Assembly (NCBI GenBank): GCA_013265495.1
Contig: MU058636.1
Location: forward strand, 7,952,295-8,016,294
DNA: 64,000 nucleotides
DNA from: Vicugna vicugna
Lineage: Eukaryota
Direction: 5' to 3'
The notes below the pieces were generated by a model, which saw nothing but the letters and a program-made list of their open reading frames with translations, was not told the DNA's origin and did not search any database. This document shows, piece by piece, positions 39,391 to 53,134 of the stretch. Made by a program: the position numbers and the translations under genes. The first letter of the stretch is position 1. Every line of letters begins with the position of its first letter.

Positions 39391-41759
39391 TTTTTTAAAC
39401 TATCACAAATATGGGGGAGGGGGGTGACGTTGCTTACAGTTATTCTGTTCCTATAAACTACAAAAAAGAATGAAACAAAATAAACCATAAAGATGAATGT
39501 ACAAGGAGGATTTATAAACAAAAACATGACCAGATAATTTGTGCAAAATATAACCAGAGCTACAGGAAGAGAGAGGCAGGAGATGACGGAGGAGGAAGAG
39601 GCCTTGGCCCAACCCAGGGGCAGGGGGCGTGGGGGCTCTGGGAGGATCCGAAGATGATCTTAGAAGGATTCTAAGCTGCATTGAGAAGCATTTAAGTCAC
39701 AGTTAAAAGAGAAGCTAAACTAGTAGATTAGGATACTTTCCTAATACTTTTTCTATGGTTAAATTCTCACTTTTGTAAGAAAATCGTGTCCTAGTCAGCT
39801 GCCTGAGCCTGATCTTCAGCAAGTCCTGTGGTCCCTCCGGGGCCCCTCGTTTCCTTGTCTGCCGATCCAGATGGGGCCCAGCCTCGCTGGAAGGGTCTGT
39901 CTGGGCGATGGGGCCCTGACTCCAGGGCTGCTGGCTGCCTGCGCCACGTGGATCATGTGACTCCCACAGCAGGGGATGCGAGGCCGCTGCCCCTGGGTGC
40001 TCTGGGGGCCAGCCTGCAGCCACGAAGCCGGACTGCACAGAGCTGGGCAAAACAACGCCTTCCCATGGTTGTCAAACTGACTCTTTTTATGACAAATGCC
40101 ATCTACTGACAAAACACAGTGCCCACTTTTCTCTCCAGCTTTTTTTGGTTTCTTTCTGGCATTATTATTATTATTATTATTATTTTTATCACAGCTAAGA
40201 AGTAAGACCGAAAATGTACACACGGCACTACTGTGTTTGCCACCTTTTACAGCAACATCATCAAGGCTGTCATAATGCCAAACATCCACCAGTGTCAACG
40301 CCAGACATTCACCCATGTCACCTGTTGACCATCAGAGCTTTCCTTGTCTGGGCGGAAGGGAAAAAGCACCATGACCAGGCCTTCCCCAGCTCACGCACTC
40401 ACAGCACAAAAACAATGCTGCACTTTATTTCTCTGGCATCCGAGTTTTACAATAAACCCCGACTGAGTGAGCAAAACAACTTCTCATTTTCAAGCTGTTT
40501 AAATAAACAGGACCACTTAAAAGAAAGCAGCACTGACTACAAGCACAGACCATGATTTAACTGTACACAGTTCCACACGAAAATCCAATCTGCCAGGCTG
40601 CGTGAAAGTTTGGGAGATCTGATTCTTTTATTCTTAAGCTGTCAGTTTAAATTCAACTCCTGTTAGCAGTTACTCAAGATTATTTCCACTTACTTGGCTT
40701 CACTGGAAGAGTCAATTGGTGACTTCAACCCTAAATAAAATAAAATTAAAAAATACTGTTTAAGATGGATATGTCGGTTGTCTGCTCTGGACGTGGAACC
40801 GTTGAACGATCCTTCGTGGGCACTGCTTCTCGGTCAATGTGGCCAAGGAAAGTCTGCATCACCTACCAGGCTGTACACCCCGCTCAGCGCGAGGATCAGG
40901 TAGCATTTGTCAATTCTGCAAGGGCCCACTCCAGAAACATTCATAACAGAACACTGGTATTTCATTATTTGTTTTGTTTTTAAAATTTTCAACCTTATAA
41001 GTGTTGACCCTCTAATTCATGGCCATCGTAAAGTATATCCTGGTATCCCCTCCATAAAACAGATTATTACCAAAATTTAGAATCTGAACACACTTGCTAA
41101 AGGAACATTTAACCCCCTTAAAGGGACTGACTGCTTCTTACTTTTACCGTACTTTTTGTATACCAGTAATTAATATGGCAATAAATGCTTTATAGTGTAA
41201 AACAGACCTAAAAGACTGTCCGTTTACAAAATGACTGTCATCACGACTGGCATATATGTATATATATATATATATCACGTCTTATTACTATAAACACTTG
41301 AAGAGAAACCAGGCTTCAAACACACACACAGACCCACACAGAGAAATACACAGATGTATATTTAACTGACTCAAATCTGTCCTCACTTCACCTGGCCTGT
41401 CAGTGTCAAGGAAAGATGACAGACATGCATCTTTATAACAGGGGCTCCCATGGTGGGGTTTCAGGGCACTATGGATCTCTGAATTGTCTGCTCATGTCGG
41501 GTGATTCTGCAGACATGGATTTTTCCAGGCAGACAGTCCATAGATGTTTTTCTTCAAATTCCTGAAAGAACCTGGGATTATCAAAAGGTAAAAAACAAAC
41601 GAACAAACGAAATACAAACCACTGAATTAGAAGACAGAGGAAAAGGAGACAGTCAGAGAGCGAAGGGCACAAGCTGAAGAGACTGAGGAGAACGGCGGGC
41701 TGTTCTGACTAAACCGGGTGCTGGGCAGGGCCTTTCGGAGGATTAGAGGAAACAAATCC

Positions 41760-44700
41760 TAAGAAGATGGCAGAGTATGAAGCACCAGAAATCTGCCTTC
41801 CCTTCTGAACAACTACTACACCAGCAGAATCGGTCTAATGCGATTACTGTGGAACTCAGGAGTCAAATGAAGGCTAGGAACTTCAGGGGAAGGCTTGGAT
41901 GGTAAACTGTGACTAATTTGGGTCAATTTCAGGTCTTGGCACAAGGAGCCGTTGCCTGGTCCACACCCCTTGGCAGCAGCACAGCTTCCACAGGGAGCCA
42001 AGGCAGGCAAAAAGGACCCTGTCCTCCAGACTTTGCGGATCTGGGCTCTGGTCCTGATTGCTGATGCTGATCACAGAACTGCAAACTGGGCGGCAGCCAC
42101 TGATTTGCACCCTCCTAAACTGTTGCAAGCCCTTCCCCTCCAGCTGAAGTGGGGCATTTAAAAGGCTGACACCCTTTCTCCACCTCATCCTCCTTTTTAT
42201 TTTTCTCTTTTTCTCCTTTTGAGAGCCAGACATTAAAGATTAGGACATAAAAAGCAACTGCATATACGGGGAAAATTCCAAAGTGATTTGCCTAGGCAAA
42301 GGTGCAGGCTCAGAAGAGACCAGAGAAGACCTATAGTTAACACCCCAGGCTGATCCTTGGCACAGACATAGCCTACAATAATCAAAATACCAAAAACAGC
42401 AAAAGAAAGATAGGAACAAAAGCCAGCAAACTCTGGCAAAGGGAGAGAATCCAATTTCCAGAGTTAACCACTTTACTAGATTCAAAAGTTCAGGCTTCAA
42501 TAACAGCAATCACAGCCATACAAACAACACAAGAAAGTATGGCTATCCCAAATGAAATCAACAGGAACCGTGCCTAAAAAAAACCTGACGGCAGTGCTAC
42601 TAGACAAAGATGTCAAAACAACCATCTTAAAGATGCTCAAAGAACTAAAGGAAGATGTAGGGAAATTCAAGGAGATTATGTAGGAAGGAAATGGAAATAT
42701 CAATAAGAAGACAAAACCTAAAAGGAAACAAAAACGTTCTGAGGCTGAAAAGTACAGTAAATGAAACAAGGCAGAGTTGAGCTGGCAGAAGATTCAGTGA
42801 ACTTGAATATTGGACAGTGGAAATTACCAAGCAGAGGAACAGAAAGAAAAAGAGATCAAAGGAAAGAGAACAGAGACTAACATATGTGTTGTGGAAATCC
42901 CAGAAAAAGAAGAGAGAGAGAAAGGGGAAGAGAAAATTTGATGAAATAAAGCTTGATAACTCCACAGATGGGATGTAATACATGAATATAAACAGCTAAG
43001 AAGTTCAACAAACTCCAAGAAAGAGAACTCAAGGAGACCCACACAAAGACACATTATAATCAAACTTTCAAAAGCCAAAGATAAAGAGAGAATCCTGAAG
43101 GTAGCAAGAGAAAAGAAATGCATCACACATAAGGGATCCTCAATAAGATTATCAGACTTCTCATCAGAAAAGTTTCCAAGGCCATTAGAAAGTTGGCCTA
43201 ACTCAAAGTGTTCGAAACAAAAAAAAAGGCAACCAAGAATCCTTTATCTGGCAAAACTGTCCAAAGAGTATGGGAGAAAGCAACACTTTCTCAGAGAAGC
43301 AAAAGCTGACGGAGTTCATTATCACTAGACCTGCCCTGGAAGAAACACTCAAGGGAGTCCTGCAGGGTGAAATTAAAGGACACAAGACAGTAACCGGAAG
43401 CCATCTGAAGAAATAAAGATCTCAGTAAGGGGTAAATACAGGGGCAATCATGAAAACTAATATTACTGTAACACAGGTTTGCAACTCTACTTTTGGTTTT
43501 ATACGTGATTTAAGAGAATAATGTGTTTTAATTATTAGCCTAAAAGCTAATACTATTGTAGCTTTGGTTTGTAACTCCATGCATTTAAAATAATTATTAA
43601 TTGATGTTATGAGGTCCACAATGTATAAAGATGTACTTTTGGGGCATCATCAACCCAAAGGGATGGAAACAAAGCTATAAAGGAGCAGAGTTTTGTATGT
43701 TATTGAAGTTAAACTGGTATAACTTCAAATTAGAATGTTATAAAAAATGAAAGAAGACATAAATAAATGGAAACACATCCCATGTTCATGGGCTGGAAAG
43801 CTTAATATTATTAAGATGGTCAGTACTACCCAAAGTGATCCCAATAAAGCTTTTTTGCAGAAATAGAAAAACTCATTTTAAAACTCATATGGAATCTTAA
43901 GGGACCCTGAATAGCCAAAACAATCTTGAAAGAGAAGAACAAAGCCAGAAGACTCACGCTTCCCGATTTCAAAATTTACTACAAAGCTACTGGAATCAAA
44001 ACTGTGGTAATGTCAGAAAGACAGACATACAGACCAGTGGAATAGGACAGACAGTCCAGAAATGAACCCATGCATACATAGTCCAGTGACCTTTGACAAG
44101 GGTGTCAAAGCCATTCAATGCGGAAAGGACAATCTTTTCAACAAATGATGCTGGGAAAATTGGATATCCACGTGCAAAAGAACGAAGTAGAACTCTTACC
44201 TAACACCATATAAAAAAATGAACCCAAAATGGACCAAAGATTTAAATAGAAGACCTACAATTATAAAAATTTAGAAGAAAACATTGGGGAAAAGCTTCAT
44301 GGCAACACATTTGGCAGTGATTTCTTAGACATGATGCCGAAGGTACAGGCAACAAAAGAAAAAATACACAGACTGGACTTCATGAACATTTTTTAAATTT
44401 ATGCATCAAAAGACACTATCAACAGAGTAAAAAGGCAGCCCACAAAACGGAAGAAAATATTTGCAAATCACATGCCTGATGAGGAATTAATATCCAGAAT
44501 ACATAGAGCACTCTTAAAATTCAACCACAAAAATCCAAACAACTTGATTAAAAAATGGCTGAAGGACCTTAACAGAAGGTATACAAATGGCCAATAAGCC
44601 CATGAAAAGATGCTCAACATCACCGATCATTAGGGAAATGCAAATCATAACTACAATGAGATACGCCCACAACCATCAGAATGGCTACTACTATCAAAAA

Positions 44701-45395
44701 AAAAAAAAAAAAAACCCAAACCCAGAAGATAATAGATGTTGGCAAACAAATTGGAAGCCTTGTGTACCATTGGTGGGAATGTAAACTGATAAAGCTGCTG
44801 GAGCCAACAATATGATGGTTTCTCAAAAAATTAAATGTAGAATTACCATATGATCCAGCAATTCCACTTCTGGGTATATAATCAAAAAAAACTGAAAGCA
44901 GAGACTTGGACAGATACTTGTACACCCATATTCATAGTAGCATTATTCACAATAGCCAAAAAATAGAAACAAGCCAAATACACATTGACAGATGAACAGA
45001 TAAACAAAAGTGATGCATACATACAATGGGATATTATTCAGGCTTAAAATGGAAGGAAATTCTGAGACATGCTACAATATGAATAAACCTTGAAGACATT
45101 ATGCAAAGTAAGCCAGACACAAAAGGATAGATATTGTATGATTCCACTTATTTGAGGTACGTGGAGCAATCAAATCCTTAGAGACAGAAACTAGAATGCT
45201 TGTTGCCAAGGGTTGGCAGGGGAGGGATGGCAGGTTGCTTAATGTGTATAAAATTTTAGTTTTGTAAGATGAAAAGAGTTCTGCAGAAGGATGGCGGTTA
45301 TGGCTGTATTTAATACCACCAAACTGTACACTTAAAAATGGATGAGACAGTAAATTTTACATATTTGTATTTCACTACAATAAAATTTTTTTAAA
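41760..45395 (+). mobile_element. Old L1 (L1MA/MB-like) with 5' UTR, decayed ORF1, spacer, 3' part of ORF2 and 3' UTR; large internal deletion
   Basis: 5' 'aagatggcagagt...'; ORF1 motifs 'agacccacacaaagacacattataatcaaactttcaaaagccaaagataaagagagaatcctgaag'; ORF2 motifs from about 43750 'aaagaagacataaataaatggaaacacatcccatgttcatgg', 'atgaaaagatgctcaacatcac', 'ttaccatatgatccagcaattccacttctgggtatata'; 3' UTR to 'cactacaataaaa'. Confidence 0.9.
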
Positions 45396-45479
45396 GACTA
45401 AAGTTAGTGGAGATAATGAAAACAAAGTAGAGGTAAGAAAGGATAATGTTACCATGTCCTAAATATTGTCATGGCAAGT

Positions 45480-45665
45480 GTTTCACATGCACTTACTCTC
45501 TGAATCACAGCTCAGCTGTGGGTGGTTATTAACCTTACTTTATCTATGAGAAAACTGAGGCACATTGAAATGAAGTAATTTGTCCAAGATCACACAACTA
45601 GTAAGGAGCAGTGCTAGGATTCAGACCCCACAATCCAGCTCCAGACCCACACCCTTAGCAACTGT
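45480..45665 (-). mobile_element. MIR SINE
   Basis: 'tgagaaaactgaggcac...aagtaatttgtccaagatcacacaactagtaag...ctaggattcagaccc'. Confidence 0.75.
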
Positions 45666-46282
45666 ACCATAATCTGGCTTCCAAAGGAGATGGGAGGAAA
45701 GCTACAGTGGGTGTCTCCCCCACCACGCTCAGCCTGGGAGCAACAGAGCACTGGGACCCAAGGCTGGGTCTGAGCTGGGTCTGAGCTGGCTGATTGGGGA
45801 AGGGGTGTGCATGGGAGGAAGGCAAGCTAGAAGCCCTTTGAGTCCTCTTCAGTCTCCAAGGTGTGATTCTAAGGTGGCACAGAGTACAACCAGAGCACTG
45901 GCTTCCGTCCCAAAGGAACAGGCTCTGTATCTAAAGGAGAAACCAGAGCCAAGCCTCATTTGTTCACCAGTATTCATATTTCATACATTTCAATAACTGC
46001 ACCTACTGTGAATGTTCACCTGTGCCAGGCACTGCCTAGTGCTGAGCAAAGTAGACGTGGTCCTTGCCCCTACCTCTTGTTTGGATATTAAACAAGTAAA
46101 TATTAACAAACCGGGAAGTACAAGGAAGTACAGGAAACAAGTGTGGTGTTGCAATGGATAAAAGCAGGGGCCAGGGATGTCCTTGGACCTCCCAGGGAAG
46201 ACCTCACCGAGGAGGTAACAATTAAACTTGGAACAGAGCAGGACCCTGTCAGGCCTTCCAGGGGATGGACCACCCACCCTAT

Positions 46283-46863
46283 TGTTTTTAGAAAAGCTTT
46301 AGCTTCCTAGGCCTTCCCCAAGATGCAAAGAAGGAAAATTTAATCAGAGAAGTGAGAAAAGGCAGAAACACAGGACAGCAGTCAAGCAAGACAAAATCAT
46401 TACAGTTTAGCCATAAGACAAAGTCAAGGATTTTTAGTCCCTCCTCAACGGCTATGGATAAAATCCAAGCCATGCCCTTGCATTGTTTTGCAGACACTAA
46501 AACCCCCACCAGGTGGAAGAAGTTAACTGCATGCTGACCTCTAGCATGGAGACTCCAGACCGGCTGAAACCAGAAGGTTGATGACTGAGATTCCCAAAAT
46601 ACCACCCTGCTACCTCACCATCCACCAATCAGAGAACTGTTCATGAGCTGATCATGTTCCTCACAACCCTCTCCCTCACTTTGCCTTTAAAAACCCTTTC
46701 CATTAAAGCAATCAGGGAGTTTGGGTCTTTTGAGCATGCGCTGCCGCCATTCTCTTTCTGTGGCCTTGCAATAAATGCTGTGCTTTCCTTCACCACAACC
46801 TGGTGTTCGTAGATTGGCTTTGATGAGCATTGGGTGAGAAGACCCAAGTTTAGTTTGATAATA
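46283..46863 (+). mobile_element. ERV1-class solo LTR inserted within an L2 remnant
   Basis: CCAAT box 'ccaccaatcag', TATA-like 'cctttaaaaaccc', poly(A) signal 'gcaataaatgc', U5 'tagattggctttg...gggtgagaagacccaagtttagtttgataata'; L2-like sequence on both sides; ends approximate. Confidence 0.75.
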
Positions 46864-49800
46864 AACAGAGAAGAAGAGAAAGTGCCAGCTTCTTCAGAAG
46901 CTGCGGAATAAGAATTTCAGGCAGAAATTCTGAAAGGGTGGCATAGGGGTGGGAGAATTCGGTGTGTCTGGATCGCTGACAGAAAGCCTGTGTGGCCAAG
47001 GAGGTGAGCCGTGAAGGTGGGCCTGGAGACAGCTCGTGCTGGACTTTGAAGGCAATGTATGGAAAGCGAATTTTATTTCAAGTGCAAAGGGGGAGCCTCT
47101 GAGGGTTTTTAAAAACCAGAGAAGTTAAATGGTCTGATGCATCTTCAAATGGTCACACTGGCTGCTTATGTGGAGAATGAATTGGATGGCAGAGGAAGCA
47201 GGGAGCCCAGCGGGAAGACACCACCGTGCAGATGAGAGACCGTAGCAGATCTAAGGGGGGGCAGTAGCTGCTGGGGAAGGTGGAAATCAGCAAAGTGTTC
47301 TTCTGTGTTTTTCAGATGGGTCTGCTAGAGAGCATCTTACGGAATGAGAAGAATTAACTAGTTTAAAAAGAGAGAGATTCACGTTGTAAAAGACAGAGAA
47401 AGTGGGTCCACGGAAGGGGAGAGGGGAGCATGGGGCAGATTCAGGTAGGTTTGCCCATCAGGTCACTGGATGCAAGGAAGCATTCCTTCGGAAAGGTTCC
47501 AACGTCTGGATGAAGCTCCAGTAAAACTCGGAGGAGGGATAAGAGACCTGGAGTGAGGAAAAGGTGGGAAGCGGGGAGAGAATGGGAAGAGAGGATGTGT
47601 TCTGAAATGTGGATAGAACACCACAGACAAGCTCCTACAGGGGCTGGTCTGCCAGGTGGCAGGCAAGAAAGCCACTGCAGGGTTCCACTCCGAGGGCTTC
47701 ATAAAAAATAGATCTATTCTTAGAAAAGAAGCATTGCTCATTGCTCAGACTGAAACCTGGGCCCCTTACCACTGCGCTCTTTTGCCCTTCATGATACAAG
47801 AGGGTGATAAATAGAGCTGGATAAAGAAGCCGGACAGCCCAGCAGGTTCTTGGGCACTTATCCATAGGTCTCGCAAAAATATCACGACACACTCTCAAAA
47901 TATAAGTTGGTCATATTCCTGCTAATGTAGGCAATGCCTTCGAGTGGGAAAAAAAATAATGCTTCTAAATTTGTGTGTGTGTTTGTGATGATCATGCCAT
48001 GCAGCACTTGGAAATTAGGAAGTCAAAGGGCAATCTGAAGTGCTAATACACAGAATTCGTGTTCCTTAAAGAAAGGAGTGATTAACTTGATTGCTTTCTG
48101 AACTCTTTAATATAATAGTTTAGAGGAAGAAACTGGAGATAAGTACTTTCAGTACTCAAAGGATCCACAAGAAATTGACAACATTAGATGCTTCTGGAAA
48201 GAACACGGTGGCTGGAGAGAAGAAGGGTGGAAGACATGTTACTTCTGTACTTTCTGAATTTTGTATCAACTGAAAAACACCTCCAGTATCTGAAAGATCC
48301 CAATAGAAAACTGAGGAAAAGAACTGCAAAAAACTGGGAAATATTTTGCCCATTGTTTTTCCAAGCATTGATTCAGCTTTATACCTGAATTTCTCTCTGT
48401 ATGAACCTTTTATTAATGTAGGTTGTTTCCCCCCCCCCGTTTCCTCCACATATTTTGAAGCAGTACCATGTGATTACTCTCTCTGTGTTACCTACAGATC
48501 TTGATTCAGCTCTTGTTAAAACTACAAGAAGACTAGAGTTCCAGCATCTGTTCAGAAGGTGGTCTGCTATTTACCGTAAAATGTGGTACCATGTTTTTTT
48601 TTTTACTCCCAGGTTAAGTCTTGCACTCCCAGTTGGACAACAGGAAGGGAATATCTTACAAAGAGACAAACTTCATCAGGAGCTCTTAACTTGTCTTAAA
48701 ACTTGAATTACAGCACCAGAACCCAGCAGAGAAACAAGGTAACAGAAAGGAAATAGGCCTTTAACTCACAGTGGGACCCAAATCGAGCTGCAACAAAATA
48801 GACTATGTGTTACTTACAGCCTACTCTTAATTTAGACCCAGTTCTTTATTATTAGTATTAGGATGCTTTGATTCAAATTTCATGTATGCAAAATTGTGTA
48901 TCATCACATTACCAACAGTGCAATTCTCTCTTTCCTCCCTCTTATATATTTGTGACTTTTAATGTGTTTATACAACATCCCACATTCTTACGGAAAATAG
49001 AATCAAGGTCAACTATTTCAGCATGAGTGATTTATCAATTACAAACTGAAGGTCCTCAGAAATTTATTTTTACTGGATTGTTTATAAACTGGTGAATAAC
49101 TGTTGCCCTTTAAAAGAAAAAACAAACTTTCTGTATCTTAGCAACCTCAAAGAGAATAAACCAGATCTTACAGGACTGAAAGCATCTTAAAGGTGCCCTT
49201 ACTCTCAGCAATTCTGACCTATGAAAATCTGGGTTTACCAAAAATATAAATTTGGGAGAGATTATTTATCTTACAAAATGAATCATAATGAATGTAAAAG
49301 TATGATTCAAATGACAAAAATCTGATTTACGTACAGCTTTTTCAGGAATAAATACCCTTTCATTCAGGAAACATTTACCAAGTTCTCTATGTTGAGGCTT
49401 CTAGAATGAAATGTTAAACTTTACAAATGTTACTTTTAAAGTTTATCTAATAGTCAGAAACAATCTAGATTCCTTAGTAGAATGAAGAGATCTCACCTTA
49501 CATTGCTCCTTCTAAAATAGAACTCCAAAAATGCATTCTGGCTATCTTATCTAAACATTTCCGTTGGGCACAAAAGAACAGCATTGTTAACAAACTGCAG
49601 AACAAATCAAATTAGTTTGGGGGATGCTTTATCTTTTAAATGCTTTGCCCATCAAAACACCAAACATCCTTAAAACTTTAAGAATTTTACAACTGTGCCA
49701 GCATTTTTGTAAGCAATAAACCACTTTTTAAAAATGTTCCCGGTGTGTCCTTCAGAAAACTGTATTATTGTAAATATCAGATGACATCCACATAGAATAA

Positions 49801-50451
49801 CTTAGCTCAAATTCAGAAAAGGGATATTTCCCTTTTTTAAATAGATGTTTTGAAATTGGTTTTACAGGAAAGGAGGTATATTTCTACCTTTTCATTGTTA
49901 GAAAGTCACCCCAGGACACCTTGGACTGGATGTCATTTTTAAATCTGATGAGTGTTTAGGAACCAAACACATTCAGCTTCCTCACCTCCTGCCCTCAATA
50001 AATGTGTGTGTTTCTCAGTAAACACAGTTCAGCCCAAATCTGGGGAATGTGACTGGGTGGCAGAGTAGGAACAATGTATCACAGCCAGGCCACAGAGAGG
50101 ACAGAAACCTGTTTTTTCAAAACTTTCCCTATTTTTCACTCAGAACCTCTCATATGTCAACACACAAATAATGTATAGGGGGCTAACTCAAAAAAAAAAA
50201 AAGGTTTTTAAAAATTTATTTCCATAACTCCAGCCTGTAATTGTGGAAAACACAAGTGACCTTCCACTCTTCCTCCTTTCTACTTTGTTCCCCTGAAAAA
50301 TGCAAATCTGTAGAAGAATGAATGTCCATTTGCCTGGTACCACCAAAGACATCTCACTATTGTCCCCTGTGTTTAGGTGCACCACTACGAGTGAGGATGA
50401 TTTGTAAAAATCCCTCTCAAATATCCATCCTAAAATAATCAACATTTTCTT

Positions 50452-50650
50452 TCTTTTTTATTGAAGTGTATTTGACTTACAACATCGTATTAGTTTCAAG
50501 TGTATACCATACTGATTCGATTATTTCCACAGATTACACATCATACAAAGTTACTATGATTGACTCTATTCCCTGTGCTGTACATTACAGCCCTGGGCCG
50601 TACATTAGTTCCCTGTGACTTGTTTATTTTATGACTAGTAGTTTGCACAT
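50452..50650 (-). mobile_element. L1 3' end fragment (cetartiodactyl type)
   Basis: 'ttttttattgaagtgtatttgacttacaacatcgtattagtttcaagtgtata...attccctgtgctgtaca'. Confidence 0.75.
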
Positions 50651-53064
50651 TTTCATTCATTCTTTGATTCAGTCAACAAATATTTATTGAGTCTCTACCA
50701 TGCACTGGGTGCTACATTGTGTGCTGAAATTATACAATAGCTTCCCAGATTCAAAGTCCTAATTACCCAAGGAATTAAAAGAATCTCAGTCAGGACACAA
50801 TGCCATTAAACTACGTCAAAATATTTAGAGTCTAAAAAATGCAACAAGAGATATATGGGGGGCTATTTTTGGCTTTACCAAGTGGTTGATGGGGGAATTT
50901 TGCTTTGTTTTATTTTATTTTAAATACAGGTGGCAACGAAGTGATTTCATCGCAGAGTGTAAAACTCTGGTCTGGCCCAAAAGCAATCTATTTTCTTCGT
51001 TGTACCAGGCCCAGCAAGACCACAATCTGTAACTGGCACCTCCAGGACAGTTTTCCTGTCCCCTAGACCTGTGGATGGACCATGAGACATGAACTTGAGC
51101 TGCTCCAACTTGCTACACTTTTCTCCGCGTGCTCTCTCTGAACACATAGATACCATGTAACTGAGGAAATGACACCGTCTTGACTCCCAATCTTTCTGCA
51201 CTGAAAATTCACCTCCTCCTTCCACTACATTTGGTATCTGTTAAGTGCTACTTTCCCACCGTGCAAGCAAGTGCTCCTTTAGATCTATGATTTGGATTTT
51301 CACTGTTGAGAAAGAATTCCAGAAACTAAAAACAAAACAAAACAAAATGAAAAACTGAATCTGGGCTGGAGTAAAAGTGAGCTCATCTGTTGTAATGAGT
51401 TCTGTATGTTCTCAAGCCAGAAGAGCACACGCCCAGGAGCATGACAGGCTGCAGGACCACGCTGGAGACATTTCTGTCAAAGATGATGATAATACCGATG
51501 CAGTACATACAACATGGCATTACCAGGTGAGTAGGCTTGATTGTATCACTGCTTGAAAGATTAAACTCTGGAGGGAAGTTACCTCCTGTTGGAGTCACCC
51601 AGGTCAGACAGACATAAGGAAAATGCCTTACAGGGTTGTGGCTGATTGCGCATTAACCAAGAGGATAGCCAGGAATAATGAAGTCAATCATGGCGCAGAG
51701 CAAAAATTCTTCCTTTGTAGATCTAGTCACGGAATCTAGACTAACAAGTAGATTTCTTACGTGCTAAGGAGTCATAAACACGGCAAGAGCCAAGAGGAGG
51801 TGCCCCTTCACAAAGAGGCACTCTCTTAGCAAGTATAAAGAAAAGAGCAAGAAAGACATCCTCCAACTTAAAAATGATGACCAGAGCCACAAGCTAGCTT
51901 AGTTCTCTCTGTGAAGCCTCAGATGGCGGACTGGGTCTACAAAAAAGTGCATTTTGACAAAATCATCCAAAACGTTCCATCAAACAGCCTGCTCATGCTT
52001 AACTGATCCTCTGAGCTTTAAAAACTAACATCACCACTGTCCATAAAAATCTCAGTCTTTTTAGAGTGAAATGTGTTCCATGCATCAGGGACAACATAGC
52101 TGTTTTCTCAGTCGGTTTAATTGTTACGTGGCAGATAATATTTCAGTGATGCTTAAAGTTAAAATAATCAAGCATGAAGCCACAACTGAGGTAGATCACT
52201 ACTTGCATACACGAGCAGCAAAACAAACAGTAATACGCAAGATGTACTTTTAAGCAAAGAGAATGTGAAGACACTGCCAAGCAAGAACTCAAGCAGAATA
52301 CAGAAAAACTCAGTGTTCCCCAGCCTTCCAGAAATCCTGGCACTTTATTTGGCTAGAAATTTTTAGTCGTAAGATTAGAACGTGAGCAAAAATCATTAAT
52401 CTGTCCTCACTTGGTTTATTAAGTTAATAGGCTTCTTGTTGAAAACCTAACTCTGTCTGAAGTACCAAGTGTTGATAAGAACATAATTAACAAAAGTTGA
52501 TTTGAATAGGTGGATCAGCATTTGGGAAGCAATCTGCTATCAGCGCTTGAAGCTGAAATTTGCATATCATTAGCCTGAGCAATTCCACAACCTGGTGTGG
52601 GTCCTAGTTTTCAATCCTCAAGTACAAATGATTAAGACAATCAATTTATTAGGTTCTAACAGCATTTAAAGAAAAAAGACTGGATTTTTATCAGTCATTA
52701 CTCAGAGGAGGGAAAAGTAGGGTATCCTGAAGTTTTTGAGGTGATAGATTCATAGATACAAAGAGAGAGAGAGAGAGATTGTGTCTCTCTCCTTTTGGGT
52801 TATAGAACCCCATCAACTAGAGAACGAATAGATAAAAGATGGAATAATCTCACAGTGAAACATTAGAGAGTAATAAAAATACAGTCACTGTCCTGACAAA
52901 CAATGGTTATTCTTAGAGATAAAAAGTTAAATGACAAAGTAGAGCCTAGAAGACTACACAGAATATGAAATCATTTTTATAAAATTTAAAAACAAATAAA
53001 AATTAAATATCATGGAGATACATACATATGTTATTAAGTTGTATTTTAAACATCAAAGCAATGA

Positions 53065-53134
53065 AGCTTTGCGCAGTCGCAGCACTGTAGCAAATGAGGT
53101 TTATCCGAGGCACAATTATTGTTAATTGAAAACT
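53065..53134 (+). pseudogene. RNU4: 3'-truncated, tailless U4 snRNA retrocopy (about nt 1-70) with perfect TSD
   Basis: agctttgcgcagtcgcagcactgtagcaaatgaggtttatccgaggcacaattattgttaattgaaaact matches the 5' 70 nt of U4; direct repeat taaacatcaaagcaatgaag at 53047-53066 and 53134-53153. Confidence 0.95.

Noticed and set aside
42233..44925. Cluster of hydrophobic minus-strand ORFs of 60-110 aa
   Set aside because: Antisense readings of A-rich L1 sequence, not membrane proteins
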